From: Escherichia coli
GTDB taxonomy: Bacteria > Pseudomonadota > Gammaproteobacteria > Enterobacterales > Enterobacteriaceae
Assembly: GCF_030013595.1 (NCBI RefSeq)
Contig: NZ_CP122768.1
DNA: 64,000 nt
Direction: 5' to 3' (one strand)
Shown: piece after piece, positions 1 to 10,355 of the stretch
Position numbering within the stretch: position 1 is the stretch's first letter
How the letters are laid out: each line of letters begins with the position of its first letter
Made by a program: the position numbers and the translations under genes
The notes under the pieces: model-generated
The model's database searches: none
Told to the model about the DNA's origin: nothing
Seen by the model: only the letters and a program-made list of their open reading frames with translations

Positions 1-1
1 G

Positions 2-442
2 CTTGATGCTGAAGATCAGGAGGCTGTACGTCAGCATGCTATCGCCGCCCTTAACCTCACGCAGCAGGCCAAGCGTCTTGCCACCGACGATAACGATGGG
101 ACGCTCAATACTGCTCTTATTGACGGAGTGCGTCGCTTTGCGATGGATGTGCGCGATTTAGACATAGACCTTATCGACCGCATCAATCCCTTTGGTGAAG
201 CCTACGCTATCCTTGCTAAGACGATGAGTGAAGACAGTTTGAAGCAGGTCGCGGCGGCAATCTCGGCCAAGCGTACCTCGATCACACCTGAAGATGCCAA
301 GGTGATCGCCAAGCGTGCCGCTGAATTCAAACGTGAACGTGGCCGCCTCCCATCGTTAACTTCGCCGGATGCTTGGGAAAAACACCTTGCTGAAGGTGCA
401 GCTGCGTTTATGCGTTTTAGGGCGGAGGGACGTTATGAATAA
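2..442 (+). CDS. 3' portion of a gene that starts upstream of the window; hypothetical protein
   Basis: Frame of ORF 128..442 stays open back to the window start (LDAEDQEAVRQHAIAAL...); stop TAA 440-442 overlaps the ATG of the next gene (ATGAATAA), suggesting a co-translated pair. Confidence 0.5.
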   Translation, partial: LDAEDQEAVRQHAIAALNLTQQAKRLATDDNDGTLNTALIDGVRRFAMDVRDLDIDLIDRINPFGEAYAILAKTMSEDSLKQVAAAISAKRTSITPEDAKVIAKRAAEFKRERGRLPSLTSPDAWEKHLAEGAAAFMRFRAEGRYE

Positions 443-1613
443 TTCTGATTTAGACGATTTGGCAGCAGAACTTGCCGAGTTTGCACCACCTGAGAAGAAA
501 AAAGGACGTCCAGCCAGCGAGGAACGCATCATAGCCGGTTTTGAAGAGATCCAGCGCTTTACTGAGCAACATGGGCGTGTCCCGCAACATGGCGAAGAGC
601 GTGATATCTTCGAGCGTCTCTATGCAGTGCGGCTCGACCGCCTACGCAGTCTCCCAGACTGCCGTGCCTTGCTAGAGCCACTGGATCATCAGGGCTTATT
701 AGCTGGAGGGGGCGATGTAGCGGAGTCTGCGGACGAAATTATCGATATCGATAACTTGGCTGCCGAACTGGCGGATGTTTCCAGCGAGGACGATATCACG
801 GTCTTGCGTCATGTTCGTGCTAGCACCGAAAAGCGCGTTGTACAAGGAGTTGCGGATCGCAAGCCGTGCGAGGATTTTGATGCGTTCAAACCACTATTTG
901 AGCAGGTACGCAATGATCTAAGTTCAGGGTTAAGAGTGACCCGACCTTTTGGGCAGTATGCAACGATTGAAGTGGGTCATTGGTTTATCCTGGATGGTCA
1001 AACGGCTTATGTGTCTGAGGAAGGTGAAGAGTTCGATTCTCCACAGGGGAAGAAAGATGCTCGGCTGCGTGTCATTTATTCGAATGGTACAGAAAGCAAC
1101 CTACTTCGGCTGTCATTGGTTCGTGCTTTGTATAAAGACGAAACAGCGCGTCGAATTACCGATCCAGACATGGGGCCTTTATTCAGCGATGCTCTAGAAG
1201 AGAGCGATCTAGAAAGTGGCACTATTTATGTGTTGCGTTCGCTATCTGATAACCCTTATGTAGCTGAACATCGTGATGTCATTCACAAGATTGGAGTGAC
1301 TGGCGGCAAAGTAGAGGCGCGTATTGCCAATGCGGAACACGATTCCACCTATCTGTTAGCGAAAGTCGAGGTGGTAGCTTCATACAAGCTTGCAGGCATC
1401 AACAGCACCCGGATGGAAAACCTGTTTCACAGGTTGTTTGCACCCGCAAGGCTTAACATTACCATTAACGACCGTTTCGGCCATCCAGTGCAGCCCGAGG
1501 AATGGTTTCTCGTTCCGTTATTCGTTATCGATGAGGCTGTTGCACGTATTAAGGATGGTAGCATCATTGGGTATGTTTATGACCCCATGTCTGCGAAACT
1601 GGTGAAGGCATAG
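435..1613 (+). CDS. hypothetical protein with GIY-YIG/T5orf172-like motif region
   Basis: ATG 435 preceded by GGAGGGA; 392 aa; segment TIYVLRSLSDNPYVAEHRDVIHKIGVTGGKVEARI resembles the T5orf172 signature (G.VYVL...KIG.T); assignment by motif recall only. Confidence 0.5.
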   Translation: MNNSDLDDLAAELAEFAPPEKKKGRPASEERIIAGFEEIQRFTEQHGRVPQHGEERDIFERLYAVRLDRLRSLPDCRALLEPLDHQGLLAGGGDVAESADEIIDIDNLAAELADVSSEDDITVLRHVRASTEKRVVQGVADRKPCEDFDAFKPLFEQVRNDLSSGLRVTRPFGQYATIEVGHWFILDGQTAYVSEEGEEFDSPQGKKDARLRVIYSNGTESNLLRLSLVRALYKDETARRITDPDMGPLFSDALEESDLESGTIYVLRSLSDNPYVAEHRDVIHKIGVTGGKVEARIANAEHDSTYLLAKVEVVASYKLAGINSTRMENLFHRLFAPARLNITINDRFGHPVQPEEWFLVPLFVIDEAVARIKDGSIIGYVYDPMSAKLVKA

Positions 1614-1639
1614 TGAAGTGACACACTGAATTTGGCCAC

Positions 1640-1672
1640 CTGTTCTGAGGTGAGTATATCACCTCAGAACAG
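1640..1672. terminator. perfect 14-bp inverted repeat hairpin (5-nt loop) 27 bp after the stop of the preceding gene; no T-tract
   Basis: ctgttctgaggtga-gtata-tcacctcagaacag read directly; could be a terminator or a recombination/insertion target. Confidence 0.4.
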
Positions 1673-1841
1673 CACAGGAATAAAAGATACTGATTTGAAT
1701 GTGCCTATACTTTGTGATGTGAGGATCAATGAATAGTAACCTGATCAAGATATGTTACCGTGGTGAGACTGGTGAAAGTGGTGAAAGTGATCTAAGAACA
1801 TTGATACTTGGTGAGATTCTATATATCTCACTATGAAGTGG

Positions 1842-2261
<420 letters not shown>

Positions 2262-2448
2262 GTAAGCGTCGTCTGAGTACCGTCTGGTCCCGAATCCAGG
2301 ATCCTGTAACTTAAGCACCCACTTATTTTGCAGGTGGACACCTCATGCGCACCAAAGAACGACTCCCCCGGAAACGCTATTCTCCTGAATTTAAAATGGA
2401 ACTGGTCAGGCTGGCCCTTGAACAAGATATCACGAACGGTGCAATAGT

Positions 2449-4171
2449 GGTTCTTCCGCAACTTGGGTGGAAGAAAATGGATGAAACTTTCTGGTGAACA
2501 AGGATCTAAGCTGTTTTAAGTTATGGGCAACGCAATGCACTCTCTTAAGACACTTCTACAGTTACCTTGCGGATGGCGATGCAGTCGACAAATTATTAGC
2601 TCTGACGGTATCACCCTCCATCTCCACGGAAAACGCAAAACAGCACAATGTCCTGAATGCTCTAAGCGTAGCGACTCTGTTCATAGTTCTCGTCGGCGCC
2701 GGATACAGCATCTACCCTGCTCCGGGCAGACGCTATGGCTTGTATTTTCCGTCCGCCACTGGTACTGCCGTAACCCGGCTTGTTCACGTAAAATTTTTGC
2801 CGAGTCGCTTGCTCCCTTCGCCGGTTCACACCAGCAGTCTTCACAGGCGTTACAAAATTTACAACGTCAACTGGGATTAATAGCTGGAGGTGAGGCTGGA
2901 AAACGGGCTGCAACGGCAGCGGGTCTCCGTTGCAGTGCTGATACTCTTCTTCGCAGGGTTATCAATACCCCGGAGACGAAACAGTCAGGCGCGCCTCATG
3001 TCGGTATTGATGAGTGGGCGTGGCATCGGGGCCACTGCTGCGGTATGTTAATAGTCAATCTTGATACTCACCGTCCCCTCGTCCTGCTTCCCGGCCGTGA
3101 TCAGCGTACGCTGGCGACCTGGTTCAGAAAATATCCGGAAATACAGGTTGTCTCGCGTGATCGCAGTGGAGTCTATGCGACAGCAGCACGTGAAGGTGCA
3201 CCTCAGGCCAGACAGGTGGCCGATCGATGGCACCTGCTAAAAAATATTGGTGATGAGCCTGAACGAATGATGTACAGACATATACCTCTGATACGTCTTG
3301 TTGCCAGTGAGTTGTCACCAAAGAAATCACCTGAGCCAGAACTGTCTGTGCCTGCAGCATCGCTCCGTCGTCCGGAACGCCTTAAACAGCAAACCCGCAA
3401 AAAACGGCATCAGCGTTGGACAGAGGTTATGGCCCTGCATAACAAGGGATGTAGTTTCAGGGAAATATCCCGTATTACAGGCCTGTCGCGTGTGACAGTC
3501 AGTCGCTGAGTACGTTCAGGAACATTCCCTGAAATGTCAACCCGACCTCCAAAGCGAGGGCTTTTGGACCCATGGAGGGAGTGGTTAAAAGAGCAACGAG
3601 AAAGTGGGAATTATAACGCCAGCCGGATAATGGCGGGAAATGGTGGTCCGGGGGTTTACAGGCAGTGAAACCATTGTCAGGGATACTGTTGCCAAATGGC
3701 GTAAAGGCTGGATCCCACCGGTTACTACTGCCGTCAGACTTCCTTCAGTGTCCCGGGTAAGGCGCTGGTTGATGCCCTGGAGAATAATCAGGGATGAAGA
3801 AAATTATGCTTCCCGATTTATTAGTCTGATGTGTGAAAAAGAACCGGAGCTGAAAATAGCGCAGCAACTGGTACTCGAGTTCTACCGTATTCTGAAAACC
3901 CAAAATAAATCACAGCTTAGCAGCTGGTTCACTCGAGTCCACGAAAGCGGTTCAGCAGAACTTCGGCGCGTGGCTGCGGGGATGGAAGCTGATGCTGCGG
4001 CTATATGTGAGGCAATCAGCAGTCGCTGGAGTAATGGTGTTGTCGAAGGTCATGTAAATCGCCTGAAGATGTTGAAACGCCAGATGTATGGTCGAGCCGG
4101 ATTTGAACTGCTCAGGCAGAGGGTCATGAGTCCACTGGCATGAAAATCTCCACCCAAGTTGCGGAAGAACC
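2449..4171 (+). mobile_element. ISL3-family insertion sequence with ~24-bp terminal inverted repeats, nested inside the IS66 orfA
   Basis: Left end ggttcttccgcaacttgggtggaag (2449-2473) is the reverse complement of the right end ctccacccaagttgcggaagaacc (4148-4171); the transposase reading frames lie between. Confidence 0.7.
2523..4143 (+). pseudogene. ISL3-family transposase, disrupted (at least two frame changes between 3509 and 3640)
   Basis: N-terminal zinc-finger-like CPEC...C..PAC, central GIDEWAWHRGHCCGMLIVNLD...VSRDRSGVY...VADRWHLLKN, C-terminal SNGVVEGHVNRLKMLKRQMYGRAGFELLRQR split across ORFs 2523..3509 and 3640..4143. Confidence 0.65.
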
Positions 4172-4498
4172 ACTTTTCATCCGTCGTTGACACAAGAGGG
4201 CAGTATCGCTGCTCTGGCCCGTCAACATGACGTCAACGATAATCTGCTCTTTAAATGGATAAGGCTCTAGCAACGTGAAGGGCGGGCGGGTCTGTCGACC
4301 CCGAAAAAATGCATCGTCGCTTCCTGCCCTGATACCCGTGCAACTTCAGGCGGAGCCTTCTCTCCCGGCATTCGAACCACCATCCTGTTCACCTACCACT
4401 GCCTGCCACATAAAATGTCGGGGCGGAGAAATAACACTGACCTCTCCCTCAGTTGAGCTTATGAGCACTGTCCTGCGCGAACTGATGCGGGGGTCTGT

Positions 4499-4864
4499 AT
4501 GATAAATCTTCCCGCAGGCACAAAAATCTGGCTGGTTGCCGGTATCACCGATATGCGCAACGGCTTCAATGGTCTCGCCGCAAAGGTGCAGACAGCGTTG
4601 AAAGATGACCCGATGTCCGGCCACGTCTTCATCTTCCGGGGCCGCAGCGGCAGTCAGGTCAAACTGCTGTGGTCCACCGGCGACGGACTGTGCCTGCTGA
4701 CCAAAAGGCTGGAGCGTGGCCGCTTCGCCTGGCCGTCGACCCGCGATGGCAAAGTGTTCCTGACGCCGGCGCAGCTGGCGATGCTGATGGAAGGTATCGA
4801 CTGGCGACAGCCAAAGCGGTTACTGACGTCCCTGACATGTTGTAGCCCAGGTCTTCTTCGTTGA
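4499..4864 (+). CDS. IS66-family orfB (TnpB-like accessory protein)
   Basis: MINLPAGTKIWLVAGITDMRNGFNGLAAKVQ...FIFRGRSGSQVKLLW...DGLCLLTKRLERGRFAWP matches the conserved IS66 Orf2 family. Confidence 0.75.
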   Translation: MINLPAGTKIWLVAGITDMRNGFNGLAAKVQTALKDDPMSGHVFIFRGRSGSQVKLLWSTGDGLCLLTKRLERGRFAWPSTRDGKVFLTPAQLAMLMEGIDWRQPKRLLTSLTCCSPGLLR

Positions 4865-5684
4865 TAAAGTTCACATCCAGAGGATGGATACTTCCTGTAG
4901 CCCGTAATATCGTCGGTTCAATATCCTGCACATTCATCGGGATCACCGATGCAAGAAAAGCCCATTGATCAGAATAAGGCTGGAAATTAATATCAACAAA
5001 AACGCTTCCCCCCGATGCACGCGGTCTTTTTTGCAGAGGTAACGCGATAAGATTACCAAATCCTCCTTTTGGCATAGTATCCTGATTAGGAAATAATCGG
5101 TCATAAGAACTCAATTGCAGCTGTCGGGTCCGGCTGCACGTATAGCTAATAATAGCAGTCCCCAGACGGCGAGCTTCGCGGGCCGAAACTCGTGAAGCAA
5201 AAAATATCCAGACATGCGCTCCCTGACGTGAGCGGGATATTTCCAGCGCAGCAGGTACACTCAGCTCATCACAGGCTCGCATGAACGCGGATGCATCCTT
5301 CTGCCATTCAGCTTTATCAAAATCAACAGCCAGAAAATAACAGGAATCATCTTCCAGCAACGGATATAACCCGGCAGTATGCGTGCCTGCCAGATGCTGG
5401 TAGATGACAAGATCAGATACAGGGAGTAACTGACGGTGCGTACAGTCCCCGCATTTTATCCGGGGTTTACCGCATATTCTCGCCTGCCATTCGTTAGCGC
5501 AGGCAGGAGAGTACCCTGATTTGCCGCTGGTTTTACTTTCCCAACGAAGGGCCCATATATCATCACGCCCACGAAACAACCGACGAAATAATGCAACCTT
5601 CTCGTCGGTGGATAATACGGAAACGCGCTGCACAGGGCTCGGCGGTTTACGTCGCCATTCCAAGTAATGAGACCAGACGGGCAT
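4850..5684 (-). pseudogene. archaeo-eukaryotic-type primase-polymerase-like protein, N-terminal fragment; C-terminus replaced by the IS66 remnant (boundary approximate)
   Basis: ORF 4659..5684 contains DxD-like YFLAVDFDKAEW and sGxH-like SRQGAHVWIFF motifs plus Cys cluster CGKPRIKCGDC; its last ~60 codons are antisense to IS66 orfB, so the gene is truncated near 4850. Confidence 0.35.
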
Positions 5685-5887
5685 TTTCTGCCCTCAATGC
5701 AGCTAATTCATCGCTGTCAGATTTATGAACCATATTCGTTACCTGTATCCGATCCACTGAGGCACCACGGCAGAAATTCGGGTCCCCTACACTGATGACA
5801 AAGCGCCCCGCCCTCTTCTGCCTATTAACTCAAGCACCTCCCAACAACTTACAGAAACTTAATTCTAATACCTAATACAGCTGTAAT

Positions 5888-6451
5888 TCAGTTGTGTCGT
5901 GGTCGGCCCCGGTTACTTTTTTCGGGAAGCCTGCTACGGCCCAGAATAATACCGTGTTCTTTCTGATCCTGTTTAGCCAGGTAGCTGAGGGCGTAACGTA
6001 AGTCGTCTACCGCGGACTTATCACTATAGTGAATCACGTGATCGATACGCACCGGGTATTTATCTTTAGCCCGGCACAGATGAAAATAACCATCCCCTTC
6101 CGTGATCCGCCTCCAGATATCTCCCAGTTGCCTGGATATCTGATAAGAGTTCTTGTGACGTTGTCCATCCAGGTAGCCGATAAAATGAATATGAAGCCCT
6201 TTGTCTGGTGTATATTCCATAACCCAGTAATATCCTGCCAACATCGTTTGGTTTTCGCTAAGTAAACGGTATATTTCCATACACATACTGTGCTTACAGG
6301 AATGCCCGAAACTGGGCGTGTATTTCCTGTAGGCAAAATCAATTCTGAAAGGTAACAGTTTAGAAAAACGTTGAAACAGACCTTCCATGTGTTCATTCAC
6401 ATCTTTCAGAATCGCGAAATTCATTTCGTAATTGGGATTGGCATTATACAT
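5888..6451 (-). CDS. YagK/YfjJ-family (inovirus Gp2-like) prophage protein
   Basis: 187-aa ORF; resemblance to the YfjJ/YagK C-terminal domain family found in CP4-type cryptic prophages (by recall). Confidence 0.5.
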   Translation of the reverse strand: MYNANPNYEMNFAILKDVNEHMEGLFQRFSKLLPFRIDFAYRKYTPSFGHSCKHSMCMEIYRLLSENQTMLAGYYWVMEYTPDKGLHIHFIGYLDGQRHKNSYQISRQLGDIWRRITEGDGYFHLCRAKDKYPVRIDHVIHYSDKSAVDDLRYALSYLAKQDQKEHGIILGRSRLPEKSNRGRPRHN

Positions 6452-7423
6452 TTTATAGTCCTTACTTTATAAAATTCACAGGAAGAGGGAATTACGTAAA
6501 TACTGAGAGTACATAAACGCCGTACCACGGCATTAATAAACGAGGTAACCAGCAGTACAGACAACCTGATAAAACTGTTTGGTATTACCTCATTACAATG
6601 AGGTAATACTTCAGAATACAGTGAGGCTCTCTTAAACAGAGGACTAGTAAGAATTACAATGGCAAAAACACACCTCATAGAATTAAGTTTAAGGAAGTAC
6701 CATTCAATCACTTACAGGAAGTAATCTGATCTTCACAAAAGTCAGCTATCGAATAGCCACAGGCAACATCGCTATTAATATTGCCGTACCATTAAGTAAA
6801 AACAGGGACTCTGCAGAGAGAGCCTACAGATATTTAACCTCACAATAAGAAGATTATTTTATACAGAAAATATTATATTTACCCATACTTATAAACTGTA
6901 ATGGAGCTATAACATACGAACTAAAGACAATATACTCTAATAGTGTTCTGGTACGTAACTAGTGTTAAATACAAACCAGACATACATTCAGTGGATTAAC
7001 TATCTCAATATTACGCTATGAGCGTAGTAACATAATTTACACATAACTAAACCCCATACACCTCCACACTGTAGTATATGGGATAGACGCATTACGCACA
7101 TACAGAATACTCAGCATAACATAAAGAGGAGTGACATTACGATAAAAAGAGACAACATAACAGATAACATAACTCCCATTAATAATACTAATTAACCTAA
7201 ATTATTTATTGAATACGAAAACAATGAAGGCCCCACCTCACCTCAGACTAAAGCCGACAATATCCTGAGCAACAGGATATCCAATAGTAAATAGTGGTTA
7301 CACCAGTTATATTTACTGACTGACCTGTACCAGAGTTTTCTAATACAACGCTGACATGGTAAAGGCATTAGTCTCCTCCGCAAGTAGCAGAGGAGACTAT
7401 ATGTTAGTCAACGATTAAGTTGT

Positions 7424-8874
7424 TCAGAGGTCAAAGTTAGGTGCGACACACAACGTTTTTCCCTCAATAACCGGTACAACTCTGTTTTGTTCATACAGTA
7501 AATCCAGTAACCAGTTGATTTTATCCTTTTTCCGGAAACGGTTCGGACCACGCTGTAAAATGTCATTTTTTTTCATACAGAGGATCCCCTTCTCAATGCA
7601 ATAGCTTTTTATCCAGTTGAAAAGTTCAAGCTCCTCTGGAATGAGTCGCACAGGTACGGTCAGGGCAGGGTTGTCAAAAGTTAACGGATTAGACAACCGC
7701 ACATACTCATTACCGTACCATATTGCTAATTCTCTCGCCATTTCTGCAATGTAAGGGGAAATCTCCCCCTCCTCACCGCTCGAATGGTAAATAAGTCCTG
7801 CCAGTCTTGCCATATACTCTGCATTTTTAGCAGCATATTCCCGGCAATGTCTTAAAGGCCCCAATCCCCCCAGCTTCGATTCCACATCATTGTAATAATC
7901 CGTCCAGATTCTGGCAGCCTGAGGAGAAAAGTGAAGGCAACGTCGTTCACCACTCATCGCCAGACTTTCATCAATAAGCTCATTGATCCTCTGTTCAAAC
8001 AAATCCTGATACTGTGATGAATAATTATCTCCGGTTATTATCCTTGTCCCCTGCGTTGATGTTGGTTGACACATCAAAAACCTTGCATGATGTCCTGACG
8101 TTTTCACAAGTTCTTTTTTTCGCGTACAAAAACCTTTGTGGTAAACATCAGGCTGAATCATCGCCGACATCGTCAGTCTTGGCTCCTTCAAATTAATTCC
8201 GGGAGATGATTTCCTGTCGATGAAAAGAGAACCTCCATCCCACAAAGTGTTAATAATTCCCAGTTTACTCATGGCCCGGCTGTCAAAAATTCCCCCCCTT
8301 CACTGGATACAAGAGCAAAAGAACGATTGCTATCGGAGTAATATTTTAACATTCCCTCTATCGTTGTCTCATTAAAAATTGTTCGACGTATCTGCGGCGG
8401 AACAGGAGACTTATTCAGATGCGTTTCAAGCTCTGATTCTGTTGCCTTGTAATCTTTACCGGCACGAATCTCTTTATGAAATTTTGATTCCAGCGCTTTT
8501 TGTTTTTGCTCCCATATTTCCTTTTCTGTGCTGTAATTCTCAACCAGTTTCGCGTATTCTTCCGCCAGGGCTTCATCCCTGAGATAAAATGCTTTCATAA
8601 ACACTTTATCCACGGTCGTTTTCCTTTCACCAGAATCAGCCAGAATCAGAGAGTAAAGATTAACAGGCCCACGTAAATTTCCAGGTCTGCACACGTCAAT
8701 CTGATTCTGACAGGCAATTGAGATCGCTGTTAATGCGGATGTCGCCACCATAGCCAAAGGTGCCTGTGTATTTTTTTGAGTTTCAATTATTGCATTTCTC
8801 ACCAGCGGTGGTAGTGCATATATCGGATAAGGATTTTCTGGTGCAAGTAAGCACATAAAAGCCTCTCTTTTCAT
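7424..8874 (-). pseudogene. DUF3987 (YfjI-like) protein split into 201-aa and 282-aa reading frames at a G7 homopolymer/ATGA junction
   Basis: ORFs 8269..8874 and 7424..8272 lie in different frames; coding-strand G7 tract (plus-strand C7 at 8292-8298) sits 20 nt before the junction; adding one G would fuse them into ~483 aa. Confidence 0.55.
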
Positions 8875-9104
8875 TAATGGGTTAGTAAAGTAGCAGCAAC
8901 TCCCGCTATAATAGCGAAATAGCTGCTGTTCAGACCTAATGTTCTGAGAAATACAGAATATCTGTAGATCTGATGTTTAATAAACCGATAAGGTTAATTC
9001 AGTTCATACTGTGTTATTTACCACGAAATATCATTCATGTTTCTCATTCTTAACACCTCCTAAAATTATTTCACTAACACCTTCCCCCCGGTCTTTTTCC
9101 TTTC

Positions 9105-9332
9105 TCAGGAATCAGCCAGAACCATAGTGTAAATATTAACGGGCCCACGTAAATTTCCGGGGTTGCACACGTCAATCTGATTCTGACAGGCAATTGATAT
9201 CGCTGTTAATAATGATGTTGTAGTCATAGCCAGAGATGCTTTTTCATTGTGTTGAGTTTCAATTATTGCATTTCCAGTCATTGATGGTTGCGCATATACT
9301 GGATACGGAGTATCCGGTTTGATGTAAGACAT
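9105..9332 (-). pseudogene. truncated duplicate of the N-terminus of the DUF3987 gene
   Basis: 75-aa ORF ...GNAIIETQHNEKASLAMTTTSLLTAISIACQNQIDVCNPGNLRGPVNIYTMVLADS parallels ...RNAIIETQKNTQAPLAMVATSALTAISIACQNQIDVCRPGNLRGPVNLYSLILADS of ORF 8269..8874. Confidence 0.5.
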
Positions 9333-9437
9333 AAATATTTCCTTTTTTCGTAATAACTTTCGGTTATAGCAGCTATTTCCGCTACAATAGCAACAATAGC
9401 TGCTATACAGACTGGATATACTGAAAATACAGACAGT

Positions 9438-9686
9438 TCATCTGGTCTGTATCCAGCAGAGAAGGTCACTTAACAACCATCCGCAAGATTTCTTTCCGAT
9501 AGACTTACGTGGTGGAAATGTTCCCTCCCGTTCAAGTTTCCACGCTTGTGTACGAGAAATTGACGTGATCTCATATCGTTCCTTTTCACGTACCAGTCTG
9601 TCGCATTCAATCCCATAAGCTTTCAAAATGACCAGACGCTGTTCATCTGTTAATGGAAGCCACATACTACCCTCCTGATATATCAA
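9438..9686 (-). CDS. AlpA-family phage/island transcriptional regulator (HTH)
   Basis: C-terminal ...ITSISRTQAWKLEREGTFPPRKSIGKKSCGWLLSDLLCWI matches the AlpA pattern (helix-turn-helix followed by ...G...W...W); position next to the DUF3987 gene as in CP4-57-type islands. Confidence 0.6.
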   Translation of the reverse strand: MIYQEGSMWLPLTDEQRLVILKAYGIECDRLVREKERYEITSISRTQAWKLEREGTFPPRKSIGKKSCGWLLSDLLCWIQTR

Positions 9687-10355
9687 TACTTTTTATTTCC
9701 GGCATGAGCATGAAATGACTAAGTTTCCCGGATAAACAATGAGTGAAAGTCACTATCATTCATCCAGTCAACACCTTACAAATAAAATGTAATACTATGA
9801 TTTTTATAGGTCAAAATACTGAATTGAAATGTTAAAATGGCTTTTAATAGAAAAAATAAAGACATATAGAACCAAATAAAAACAAGCCGCGACCAATAAA
9901 AACAAAAATTAATATTAAAAATCCATTATGACGATTTTTGTTGACTAAAATTAGGTTGGGATATATAAATAAATCCATGTAAAATTCAAACAAAGCATGG
10001 AGGAGTCGCAGGAAGGTGAAATATTTCCATCTAATTTGTGATAATCATCACAAAAATAAGCTACAACAAGCGGAGGAAAAGACAATCTGTTGCTGAACAG
10101 ACAGAAGCAGGCTACGAATGATCGGAAAATGAAGCAAATACGCTTATACAGAAGACGCAGAGGTAACTGACGGAGACAATCACAATCAGGAGAAAATTAT
10201 CGTAAATAATGTATAAAATCTCAGGATATAAACAAATGTACACAAGCTATCCACGTAATCAGCGGCTGGCTCAGGATTAACGTTTCATTTCAGTGGACAA
10301 CATCGATTCTGTCTGACAGCGGACCAATATGTAGCAAGCAGAAACTTCTGACATC

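Larger units (their letters stand above)
2262..4864 (+). mobile_element. IS66-family element remnant: GTAAGCG-type left end, orfA (from 2345) interrupted by a nested ISL3-type IS, orfB present, transposase orfC absent
   Basis: TGTAAGCGTCG at 2261-2271; orfA-like MRTKERLPRKRYSPEFKMELVRLA... from ATG 2345; orfB at 4499..4864; no large IS66 transposase ORF follows. Confidence 0.55.

Noticed and set aside
6421-6711. 96-aa ORF in the AT-rich ORF-free region
   Set aside because: Low-complexity translation in AT-rich DNA with no start context; treated as spurious.
9690-10355. Possible small genes in the AT-rich leader of the 532-aa gene
   Set aside because: Only very short ORFs; more likely a regulatory/promoter region, but cannot be resolved without expression data.
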